From positions 2,356,001 through 2,420,000 of the forward strand of contig OX597827.1 of NCBI GenBank assembly GCA_951406725.2: a stretch of DNA of 64,000 bases. Reading direction: 5' to 3'. The translations under genes and the position numbers were made by a program. The DNA comes from Octopus vulgaris (lineage: Eukaryota). Below, in pieces: positions 28,521-40,481 of the stretch; positions within the stretch are counted from its first letter, which is position 1, and each line of letters begins with the position of its first letter. The notes beneath the pieces were generated by a model that saw nothing but the letters and a program-made list of their open reading frames with translations, was not told the origin of the DNA and did not search any database.

Positions 28521-29339
28521 CCACCACAGCAGTAACTACTGTCACGTTCAAAATGGCAATATTTGTTACAACTGATGCTCTTAGAATGACAATGGATCTA
28601 AACATAAGACGCAATAGCAACGAATTGTTTGACATTACGTCTATATGTATCATTAGCCAACAACTGTGTTTGTATGTGTGTGTATGAGTTAGTACGTAGT
28701 GTGAATATGCATGTGTGTGTGAGAGATTATGTGCGTGCGTACGTGTCCATGTGTGTGTGTGTGCATGTGTACGTACTTTGCCCTATAAGTAAGCCACTGC
28801 TGAATATCATAATTTATGTTTATTTCTACAAATTAACGTACAGGAACATGTCTACCTATCCCGCTCACCTGCCTACCAACCAACCAACCAACCAACCGAC
28901 CGACCAACCAGCCAATATACCTACCTGCCTATATGCACACATACTTATAAAATGTAAACACATGTATGTGTATGTAGATATGCATTATGTGTATGTGTGT
29001 GTGTTTGTGTGCATGTTCCTATGTGCTTGTGTGGGCGTGTGTAAGTATATATATATATATATGACTATATATATAAATACATAGATACATATATTTATGT
29101 AGAAACGGTAGAAATGTGTGTGTGTTTATATGTATATATGTGTGTGTGTGTTTATATGTATATATATGTGTGCGTGTCTTAACGCCTAGCTGTTATTAAC
29201 ACATGCATATTTATGTATATTTATATGTATATATATGTTTATGTGTGTGTGTGCGTATGTAACTGTAAGCATACTTAGAAGCGTATATATTCGTGTAGTG
29301 TGTGTGTGTGTGTATGTGTGTGTGTGTGTGTGTTTGTGT

Positions 29340-29390
<51 letters not shown>

Positions 29391-29419
29391 AGCGATGCGT
29401 GGAAATACGTTCAAAGAAG

Positions 29420-29425
29420 ACTTAC
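29420..29425 (-). other. Splice donor ending the protocadherin exon
   Basis: Perfect consensus CAG|GTAAGT; read-through gives only VSLL-stop and then microsatellite. Confidence 0.85.
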
Positions 29426-31876
29426 CTGCCGCGTCCCTTGTGTTAGATCCCTTGAATCGACTTTGGCTGAAGAATCTCTCCAGTTCTGTCTTGTTTTATA
29501 TCCAGAGTGAGTTTCTAGTCTAGGCAGAGAGGCCTGAGAACTTTTGTTGTCATCGACGCTCGTCATGGTAACAGAAGCCTCGTACTGAAGAGACATTTGT
29601 TCACAAATATAATCCCCCTGTTTGCTCTCGCCTAAAAACCTATTGGATGAATCTATACCATCGTTGTATTGTTCGTTCCGTTGATTGTTCCTTCGCACAA
29701 TACAAACGGTGATAGAGACGACTACAGCTACCGCCACTATTACTGTGGACATAACGATTATTATCATTAAATTAATATGAATTCGGTTATCCGATTCTGT
29801 GTCCTCTGCTGAATACATCTTTGAGGTTGTGTTACTGACAGTCAGTGTTAAAGAAAGCGTCGTCGTTGCAGACAGAATCGGACTTCCGCTGTCTTTGACG
29901 ATAAAACTTAACTCGTACGAACCTGCATCGTTCTGGTAGACGGTTCGAGAGAAAGATAGAACTCCCGTATAAGGATTCACCGTGAATAATTGCTTATGGT
30001 TGCCTCCTAGAATCTCGTACCGGAGGAAAGCATTGACATGACTGTCTCTGTCCGAAGACCTAAGAACTGTGATATCATTTTCACTTTGTGGGTTATAGTA
30101 GACGTCCAAACTGAATGGATTCACGCTGGGGAACGTAAAATATGGAGCATTGTCGTTCTCATCCATTACTTCAACAATTACATGTGCTGTATTGTTTAGC
30201 GATGGCGTTCCATTGTCTCTTACAAATACTTTGAATTTGTAAACATCTTGCTGTTCAAAGTCTAGCGGTTTGGTCGTAGAAATAAATCCAAAATTGGATA
30301 TCTCAAATGGAAGGAAACTATAATCTTCGGCCAAGAGCGAATAAATCAGTTGACCTCCGTCTCCCAGATCAAGATCTGTGGCATTTATGAAGCCTATAGG
30401 GAAATTCGGATCTTCATTTTCGTATGTTAGAAATTTATATGTATCTTTAGTAAACTGAGGCTGTATGTCATTAACATCCAGTACCTGTACCGAAAACTTA
30501 CCCTCTGTTCTCTGCGGAGGCGAACCTTCGTCTTTACAGACGATCGTAAAATCTATGAAGCTCTCAGTTTCTCGATCGATCCGATTTTTCACAATAACTT
30601 TATATTTCTTCCTTCCTAAACTGAGTAATTGCAGTTTATCATGGTGGAGTTCACAGCTAACCTCGCTGTTCATTCCAACATCATTGTCAAGGACTTTGAC
30701 GTAGGCTATAAAACTGCCTACTTTCACTCCTTCCGAAATGGCGGCCGTATTTTCCTTGGAACCCGAAACGAATTTTACGTCTAAAGATGGCGCTGTGTTA
30801 TGTTGGTTGATTATGTTCACCAAGACGAGTGCATCAGAACTCATTGGAGGGTTACCTTGATCTGTTGCCTCAATAAATAATTTATAGGTCTTTCGTTCTC
30901 CGAATGAAAAGTTTCTGGTAAGAAATATTCCACCAGTTTTTTCATCTATCTCAAACATCGATCTTACCGCACTAGGAGTTTCAGAACTGAAATGATACGT
31001 AATTTCGCCGTTTTTGCCAGAATCTAAATCAGTAGCTGTTAAAGTAACAACTGGTTTGTCTCGGCGATACGTGTTTTTGACAGTGACGTTGTATACATTA
31101 AGCGAAAATGTTGGAATGTTATCATTTTCATCTGTGACTAATATAAAAACGTCTAAGATACTTTGGCGGGAAGGAAAGCCGCCATCTTTAGCAATTACTT
31201 GAAGTTTGTAGGTGTCTTTTTGTTCTCTGTCCAGTTTCTTTTCTAGCTTAATATCAAGGTTTGCCTTACCATCAACTCTTTTTGAGACGGATAATGAAAA
31301 AGGGTCATCAAATTCTTTGTTTAATTGATAGGTTATTTCAGAATTGGATAATCCGACATCTTTATCAATAGCGTTCGGGATAGATCTTTTGAGTCCTTTA
31401 CTGTCATCCTCAGAAAATGTTATATCAATTTGTTTGACAGGGAATTCTGGTTGGTTATCATTGATATCATTAATAATCAATCTGATTTCTAATATTTTCA
31501 CAAACGATTGTTCATGCTGGACCGCTACTTCCACCATTTTAAAACACTCAGTGTTGTATTTACACAGAGTTTCGGCATCTAGCACCTCCGCCGTGTAAAG
31601 TTTACCGTTCTTGGAGACGTTAAATAAACGAGTAGTGGTCAATGTTTTGGGCTGCAGTTGGTTAAATGTGACCAGCCGGTGTTCACGGAGGGGAAAACTG
31701 TTCAAGAGCTGTGTATCAGCCGCAACATCACCAATAAAAGTTCCTTTTCTTGCTCCTTCTTCCACGTCGTATGTTATATCGACAGATGAAGATATGTTGG
31801 TGAAAATGAGCATGAGAAATACCTCGGTTAAGCAAATAATCCTTTGTGGTGAAGCAGAATACACAAGATATTTCAT
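29426..31876 (-). CDS. Protocadherin, large coding exon (signal peptide, EC1-EC6, TM, proximal cytoplasmic tail); CDS probably continues in a downstream exon
   Basis: 817 open codons from ATG (MKYLVYS). Hydrophobic signal peptide, then VDITYDVEE and EC1 C-x5-C (CKYNTEC). Cadherin motifs DINDNQP, DENDNIP, DVNDIQP, DENDNAP, LDRE, IDRE, LDFE, AxDxD, AxDxG. TM INLMIIIVMSTVIVAVAVVVSITVCIV followed by RR. Ends at CAG|GTAAGT (phase 0). Confidence 0.95.
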
Positions 31877-31918
31877 TATTAGCTGAAGACAAGCAAGCAC
31901 ACTTTGGTGGAGAAGTAC

Positions 31919-31945
31919 CTGAAAGAAGATGGGAAAAATAATTAT
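31919..31945 (-). other. Splice acceptor upstream of the protocadherin ATG (implies an upstream exon)
   Basis: Minus strand ATTTTTCCCATCTTCTTTCAG|GTACTT; exon starts at 31918, 42 nt before the ATG. Confidence 0.75.
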
Positions 31946-33098
31946 ATTGATATAGCCATATAGATATACAGATACACGCACGTAAGGACATACATGCACT
32001 CGCACACACACACTCACACACACGCACAAATTATCTTACTCTCTCTCTCTCTCACGTTCTCTCGCTCTCTTTCTCTTTCTCTCTCTCTCTCACATACATA
32101 TATACAGATACGCATATACACGCATAGATACACACACATATAGTCATTTGCTCAACATTAAATAAATTATAACTAAAATGTCACGTTAAATTAAGAAAAG
32201 GTCCACGTGCATGCGCATGTGTACGCACGTTCATATACACACATATACGCATACACAGATTCTTACAAGCAAATATATAAATGCATATATATATATATGT
32301 GTGTGTATGTGTGTGTGTGTGTCTGTGTGTGTCTGCACGCATTATGTAAATATATCTTCATACACACGCATACACACACATATTTACATATATGTATATA
32401 TGTATGTAAATGAGTGTGTGTGTATGTATGTGTGAATATGCACATATATACATTGGAGAGTGTGGTGTTAAACACATCTAACTATATACATTTTACTGAT
32501 GTATAAAATACACATAGAGCGGTAATTATGTTTCATAAATGTCAAATCGAATCACCATTTCCATCCTTACTTTATTGTATATAAAGGAGTGTCCGTATGT
32601 GTTTAAGTATGTGTGAGTATGTGTGTGTGTGTGTGTGCGTGCGTGTGTGTGTATGTGTGTGTGCGCGTGGCAGTGTAATGGGTGAGTGAGTGTCGGCGTG
32701 TGTGTGTGTACGTAAGTGTTTGACAGGGAGTATATTTATTCATGCGCATATATGTAAGGCCGCAGATATCCAGAAGTGTAGCTTTAAACACACAAACACA
32801 CACACACACACTCGCACGCACACACACACTCGCACACACACACACTTGCACACACACACACACACACACTCACACACATACACACACGCGCACACATACA
32901 TACACACACATACGCATTCCCAAATAACCAGGCATATTTACACGCATACACTTAAAATACACACACACATATATTTGCATATAAATATGTGTGTATGTAT
33001 GCTTTTATATGTTTGTATATACGCTTTTATATGTATATATATATATGTATATGCATATATACATATATATGTTTGTGCGTATATATATATATATACAC

Positions 33099-33165
<67 letters not shown>

Positions 33166-34538
33166 CACACAAATACACACACGTGTGCATGTATATGTGA
33201 GTGAGTTAATGTATGCTCCTAAATGTATGTAACCTTTATTTGACGAAAAGCCGAGTGAAAAGTCAAAAGCTAAATTAATGAAGACAATCTGTTATCTGTT
33301 TTGCGAAATGTTTTAAGAATTGAAAAATTCGTCAAATATTTTTCTTTTTATATATTTTCGTCCAGCCAAGCCAAGCCTATAGAACGATGTTGATTTTGGT
33401 TTTGCCGTTGTTGTTGTTGTTATTGCCGTTGTAATTGTGGTTGTTGTTGTTGGTGGTGGTGGTAGTGATAGTGGTGGTAGTGGTAGTGGTGGTGGTACCG
33501 CTGGTAGTGTTGCTGTTGCTGTTGATGTTGATGATGATATTTGTAGAAAGAATGGAAAAAGACAATGGAAGGAAAAAAAGGAAATTTAAAAAAGAAAGGA
33601 AAGGAGGATAGAAAAAGAGAGGGAATAATACGTTAGGGAAGACTGGAAGTGTGTGGGGAGAATGAAATTCTGAAGGATAGAAGCAATGAAGGAAAAAGTG
33701 AAATGTAAGAATACATGAAGGAGGATAAAATGAAAGAGAGCAAGAAAGAAAGAAAACAGATTGAAAGAAAGAAAGAAAGAAAACAACGAATGACAGGGAA
33801 AAAGGAAGGAAAGATGAAGAAGACCAAAAGAACGAACGACAGAGGGGAGAATGAGAGAGAGAGAGGAAGAAAGAAAGACTGAAAGAAAAACGAAAAGAAA
33901 GGCAGGAAGAAAGAAAGAAAGAAAAAGGAAAGAAAGAAAGAAAAAGGAAAGAAAGAAAGAAAAAGGAAAGAAAGAAAGGGAAGATCGAAAGAATAAATAA
34001 ACCAATGAATCGATGAATGAATGGAAGACCAAAATGCAGTCTGACATGAAGACTGTGGACGTTTAGAAAAGAACGAAAAAAAAGCAGACGACAGAGAAAA
34101 TATAAGTTTCCTTCCATAATTATGGAAGGAAAGTAATGGGTAATTGTATGAGGGGACAAATAAAAAGTGAAAATGAATCGGTGGTGTTGATGGTGGCAAT
34201 GATGATGATGATATCTAGCCATCGGCTGGCTCCCTATTTTACGGAATAGTGAAAATAATTGTTCGCAAAATGACCATCTTGCCTCTTTGTTCGTAGGGTT
34301 ACGACTGCACGTGCAATTTAGGGTATGTTACTGTTAATAGCTCTAGAGCCCATGTAGAAGCTACTCTACACATACACTTTAGGGGCAATAGTGATTATGG
34401 GGATGATGATGATGTCACAATGACACTTAGTATTAACAACAACGATAATAACTACGTTCTTAAATCTTCCATCGTTTTTACCTTCAAGGAATCATATTTT
34501 TTTTCTAGTTTCAGCTCAGAGCTGTGGCCATGCTGGTG

Positions 34539-34600
<62 letters not shown>

Positions 34601-34689
34601 CAACGGCGGTGCATCAGCATGGCCGCAGCTCTGAGCTGAAACTAGAGAAAAAAAAAAGAAATATATATATATATATATATATCATTATA

Positions 34690-34786
<97 letters not shown>

Positions 34787-34884
34787 TTATATTATGGAAT
34801 ATTACTTCCAAGTACACAGGGAAAAGACATTCAAATTAGATGTACTAAAATGAACATCTCTCAATGTTTAATTCGTATATATAA

Positions 34885-35224
34885 AAGTAATTTTAGAGAC
34901 AGAACCACCTTCAACTCAATCAACACTGAAAGGTTTTATACCCGACCACTCCATAAAAAGTTAAAAATTAAATCGTATACTAACTATATCTATTCTGAAT
35001 CCTGTATTTTCCGTTTATAAGACTACACGTGTTTCATGAAAGTACATCGGTATTGATTGGATACGAGGCATCTAGTTGCAATACTTACTCCCAATCTTCG
35101 GAAAATACAGGATTCAGAATAGATATAGTTAGTATAAGATTTAATTTTTAACATTTTATGGAGTGGTCGGGTATAAAACCTTTCAGTGTTGATTGAGATG
35201 AAGGTGGTTCTGTCTCTAAAATTA

Positions 35225-35227
<3 letters not shown>
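34885..35227. mobile_element. Fold-back element, ~129-bp arms, next to (TA)n
   Basis: 34885-35013 is the reverse complement of 35099-35227 with about 3 mismatches; 85-bp spacer. Confidence 0.85.
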
Positions 35228-35286
<59 letters not shown>

Positions 35287-35289
<3 letters not shown>

Positions 35290-35482
35290 AGAGTTTACGA
35301 AAAAAACAAAAGACGAAGAAAGGTGGTGTACAAAACAAACAGATGTATTAGTATAACGCTCAGGAATAGAAAAAGTCTTTTACGTTTCGAGCCTACGTTC
35401 TTCTACAGAAAGGGACACAGAAAAAACAAGAAAAACAAGGAGAGAAAAAATGTATGTAGTGGCTAACGGTCTATCATGGCGA
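35287..35482 (-). mobile_element. Short (TA)n-inserted element with hammerhead-like motif (Penelope-like/retrozyme-like)
   Basis: (TA)n on both sides; homologous to 49688-49849; minus strand CTGTAGAAGAACGTAGGCTCGAAACGTAAAAG. Confidence 0.6.
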
Positions 35483-35486
35483 TATA

Positions 35487-35530
<44 letters not shown>

Positions 35531-36605
35531 TGTACATACATACATATATACATATAAATATATATATGTACATAATATATAATATATATGTCATATATCA
35601 TATAGGCGCAGGCGTATAGATGTTATATATCAGATACATTGTATTATTTTTATATATTATATTATATTATATCATATCATATTCTATTATATATTTTTAT
35701 ATTTATCTGTTTGGCAAAATATTTTCAGTTTTTTATTGTCTTTTCGGCTTGAAATGCTATTTTTGTTAGCTGTAAATCTTTAGGTGAATTAGATTGGTTT
35801 CAATATGATGTTGGTCGTGGTGGTATGGTGGTATGGTGGTATGGTGGTAGTGGATAGTACTGATGACTTCGGTGGGGTTTGAGTGGTGGTGGATCCTTGT
35901 GGTGCTGATGATGGTAATGATGATGATGATGCTGGTAGGAGATAACGGTAGTGATTGCAGCAGCGGTTGTAGTGATGTCAACAGCATTAGTAATGTTGAA
36001 TCGATGAGGATTCGGGTTTGCGATGTGTTGGTAATGGTAGTGGTTATGATGGTAATGGAATTCGGGGGAGTGGTAGAGGTTGTTGTATAAACAGTGGTAG
36101 TACAGTTGTGGTTCTTGTATTTTTGTTGTAGGTGATAGTCGTGGTATTAGTTTTGATATTAATGGCGATGGTGGTGATGGTGACGGTGGGGGTTGTAGCA
36201 GTAGTAGCGTTGGTTGTGGTGGTTGTGGTGGTGATGGTGGTGGTGGTGGTAGTTATGGTGATGGTGGTGGTGGTGACAATGGCTGTATTGACAGTTATAG
36301 GGGTGCTGTGTGAGGTGACAGGCGTAGGTTTTGTTGTTGTTGTTGTTGTGGCTGTCATGGTTGTTGTGGTTGTTCGATATGTGTTATCAGTGTCATCATT
36401 TAGCAGAATTCTCTAAATGTCAATTAACAGATTACAGACTTAAGCACCGAAATGTTCATCATCTTCATCATCATCATCAACCATCATCATCATCATCATC
36501 ATTAACCATAATCTTCTCCAACCATCATCAGGATCATCATTATCATTGCCAACCACCACCTACACTACCACCGCCACCACCATCACCACCGCCACCACCA
36601 CCACC

Positions 36606-36658
<53 letters not shown>

Positions 36659-36763
36659 TGTTATCAACCATCATTATTATCATTATCATTGTCATTTTCA
36701 ATCTCTTAATTACCATTACAAGTACAAATGTTATCGTTTTAATTAATATTTTGAAAATTAATG

Positions 36764-36799
<36 letters not shown>

Positions 36800-37004
36800 C
36801 CACCACCATCACCACAACCGCCACTATGATCATGGCTGTAGAGTCCCCATCCGTACGAATCCTATGCTGAATAACTGCCTTTTTCTGTTTTCCATTTTTC
36901 TAAGTTTGCGGTATGAAGTAAGTACCAGTTATACACTGGGGCCGCTAACAACTTTTTGCAGTCTTCCTTTCTACAAATGTGTAATGCTTAACAATATTAA
37001 TAAT

Positions 37005-37493
37005 TATTGATTTCAGATTTTGACACAAGGCCATCAATTTCAGGGCGGGGTGGTTAATCGATTACATCGATCACACAGTTTAACTGGTACTTATTTTATC
37101 GACCACGAAATGATAAAAGGCAAAGCTAACCTCGGCGGAATTTGAACCCAGAACATTTAAAACATGAAATACCGCTAAGCATTTTGCACAGCCTGCTAAC
37201 GATACTGCCAGCTCTTCACCTAACAATATTAGATATTGTCATCATTCTTTGACCAGCAGATGACCACTCATGCTCTGCACTCGTGTGCAACAATGCTTTC
37301 TGTCAGTTTTTCTTTTTGTTACTTGTTTGGGTCTTTTTCGAATCACATTTTTGTTTAATACACCCAGTATTCCGGCTGTAATTTTTAGTATTGTTTTTAC
37401 CTTAATGTTCCCTGGATGTGTATAGGGGAAGCGTGACGAAATACAGCTAAGCATTTCGCCCGGCGTGCCAAGGTTTCTGCCAGCTCGCCGCCT
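37005..37493 (-). mobile_element. SINE family A copy (37005-37220) plus head fragment (~37430-37493)
   Basis: ACCTCGGCGGAATTTGAAC; GCCAGCTCGCCGCC. Confidence 0.75.
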
Positions 37494-37999
37494 TAACTAA
37501 CGAAATGTATTATAATCAAACTAAGCGAAACCGGGTTTAAAATAGTCACTTATGTACCTTCTTTTATACATGCACGGATTCATACATACATACATACGTA
37601 TGTGCGCGTGTGTGTGTGTGTTTGTTTGTTTGTGCGTGTGTGCGTGTATGTGTGTGTGTGTGTATGTGTGTGTGTGTGTGTGTGTGAGTGTGTGTGCGCG
37701 CGTGTGTGTGTGCGCGCGTGAGTGCCTATACATGTGTATTTGTAAACACTTCAGCTAAACTTCTGAAATGTTTTGCGCAGTTTCACAGTTTCCTCGACAT
37801 AAAAAGATATAGGATTAATTCAAGGATTCACAACACCACAGAGTGTCTTGTTTTTCTCAAAAATATCCATATTTTTACCCCATCAAAGATAATGAAATCC
37901 CCATCCTGCATTTAACTTTGGGATGGTAGCCCAGGAGTAAGTCAGATGTGTTTACGGCTTTGTTTATGGTCTTTGGAACTGATCAAAGTCGAAGAGTCG

Positions 38000-38620
38000 C
38001 CAGCTTCACAAGTAAGGAACAAAATCGAATGGTTTACGTTTCCTTAGATACTCACTGAAACCAAATTGCTCCTCTGCAGTTACATTTCTGAAATCACAGT
38101 TTTGTTAATAAGTAGTTGCTCGTCTCATTCCCAAACATTCCTTACTTTCCAATCGTTTGTCAGGCTGTAATGATATTTATTACTATCATATGGCCCTGGT
38201 GGAATAAGTTCGTACTAGCTGTGTACATCCTATACGTAAAATTCTGGAATGCAATTGGCAGATAATACATTACTACGTGAATGCCTTCATCCTTTGGTAT
38301 CAAACTTGTTTATGCTAATGCTAACCAGATTGGTATGTTTACATTCCACAAGGATTTTAGTAGTAAAGTCTGATAAGATATCCTCAATAGAGGTCAATTT
38401 TTTGCATCAATAGCCGTTAACCAAATCTCTTCCTGATGTCTTTTTTCCTGAAGATTTTCAAGTTTCCTATCGCAGTCTCCCGGATGACATCATACTATGA
38501 TGTTAGGTGGAGATAATATGACTCTAATTTCTTCTGCTTCCACTGCATCTGGATTAATCCCTTTAGCCTCACTCCAGATTTTCCCAAAAAGGATTCTGCA
38601 TCTTCTTGAGAGGAAATTCT
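38000..38620 (-). pseudogene. Degraded non-LTR reverse transcriptase fragment (R4-like)
   Basis: Minus-strand peptides SQEDAESFWEN and RKPFDFVPY (cf. KKAFDSVPH); frameshifted. Confidence 0.5.
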
Positions 38621-38913
38621 CTGACTTTTATTCAATGTTCTTTCATCACTTTGTAAACCCGTGACTGATGTCAATCCAGTTTCTGCTTAAATATTTTCTT
38701 TCCGCTAACGAATTGTCTTACTGATAGCTTTTAACTTTCATTGAAGGTCATTGATTTGAATTCAAGAGATTTTTGCTGTTTTTATCTTAGAGCACTTTTT
38801 TTTTTCTATTTCATTTTCAAAATTCTGATGGCGTGAAATACTGTTTTATTGTTTATATTTGATAAGTTTTGCTGCATAGCGGATTAGTCTTCCGCAAAGC
38901 AAATCTCTCTGTC

Positions 38914-38959
<46 letters not shown>

Positions 38960-39114
38960 TCCCTCTGTCTTTCTTCTTTTCAAATCAAGAATTTTTATTT
39001 CATATTTTGTCATTGTCTAATATTTTCAAGTTTCTGTTGAACAGTTGTAAAGAGGGAATATAAGTAGGCGTTTATTTGTCAAAACGAAGTAATATTACAC
39101 TTCCAAATATTCTT

Positions 39115-39320
39115 GTCTATTACGGGCACAAGGCCAGAATTTGGGGGGAGGGGGGTTAGTCGATTAATTCGACCCCAGTATTCAACTAGTAATATTTCAT
39201 CCACCCGGAAAGGCTGAAAGATAAAGTCGACCTCGATGACATTTGAACTCAGAACGTAAAGACGGATGAAATGATGCTAAGCCTCTTACTCTGCGTGCTA
39301 AGGATTTTGCTAGCGTATCG
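39115..39320 (-). mobile_element. SINE family A, diverged
   Basis: GGCACAAGGCC..CGACCCCAGTA..AAAGTCGACCTCG..TTTGAACTCAGAACG. Confidence 0.75.
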
Positions 39321-39515
39321 CTGTGCCCTTGTAAATATATTCCTGTAGCTGATACGAGACAGCGTCAGCTCCATAGGTTTCTCATGGAACCCAGTTAGTT
39401 AGGGTGACTTTTGGTCGTATCTTAGAGTCAATATTAATCTTATTTTGAATCATTTCATTATAAATGTTATTTACTCACTCAGCTCATGATATATTTCATA
39501 TCGTAGCTGCATCTA

Positions 39516-39798
39516 CTTGTTCCTTCTCGAGCCACGCCTAGCTCATAAGGGCCGGTTTCTCGGCGTATATGTTCCCCACCTGGATAGGACGCCGGCCCGT
39601 CGCAGGTGAGCTGCAAGATGCAGGTGGAAAGAGTGAGAGAAAGTTGAGTCAGCAGAAGTTTGCCATTACCTTCTGCCGGAGCCGCGTGGAGCTTAGGTAT
39701 TTCGCTCATAAACACACACATCGCCCGGTCTGAGATTCGAACCCGTGATCCCTCGACCGGGAGTCCATTGCTCTAACCACTAGGCCATGTGCCTCCAC
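39516..39798 (-). mobile_element. SINE family C
   Basis: Reverse complement of 22403-22706; TSD AGCT(G/A)CATCTA. Confidence 0.9.
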
Positions 39799-40348
39799 AG
39801 CTACATCTATGATCTCTAACAGCTTGATGCAGTCAGTCAATCTTACGGTGAAGTAACATTGTGCCTGGTAGAGTCTAGTCTTTTGTCACAGACCTTGTTG
39901 CCATTGCTATAAGCATTTGCCTTCTAGCAACATATTCCTTTACAATTATTTGTGAACTATTCCTATTTTGCGAATAAAATTACTACCAACAAACTCGATC
40001 TTGCGTTCAATAAATGCTAGTACTTGTAATTGTTTTAGCTGGAAATAATTTATTTTTAGGTGAAGTTCGACATATAATTTCATTCTATTCGTATCACCAA
40101 AAGGGGAATATTCTTTTTTTTTTCCCCTCCACCATTTTGTAATGTCATAAGTCATTATTGAGTCCATATAACGCCAAGACTATATTTTATCTTTTCCACT
40201 TCTTCGTTAACAACAACTAATACAATTCTATTTGCCTTTTTCGAATTTGTTTTTCGTCGGTTAGTGATGCTTCTGTTCACGCCTAGTATTCCGATGTCTG
40301 TATAAACACACCACGTACATCTCTATGTATCTTCGCATGAATAAATGT

Positions 40349-40421
<73 letters not shown>

Positions 40422-40434
40422 CATATATATATAC

Positions 40435-40481
<47 letters not shown>

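Noticed and set aside
30465-31886. Plus-strand ORFs overlapping the protocadherin
   Set aside because: Antisense shadows of the real CDS
31877-32029. 51-aa N-terminal extension of the 872-aa ORF
   Set aside because: Non-ATG start in a GT microsatellite; crosses a splice acceptor; the signal peptide follows the ATG at 31876
33377-34222. 281-aa Phe/Ser/Leu-rich ORF
   Set aside because: Antisense of a low-complexity GA-rich tract
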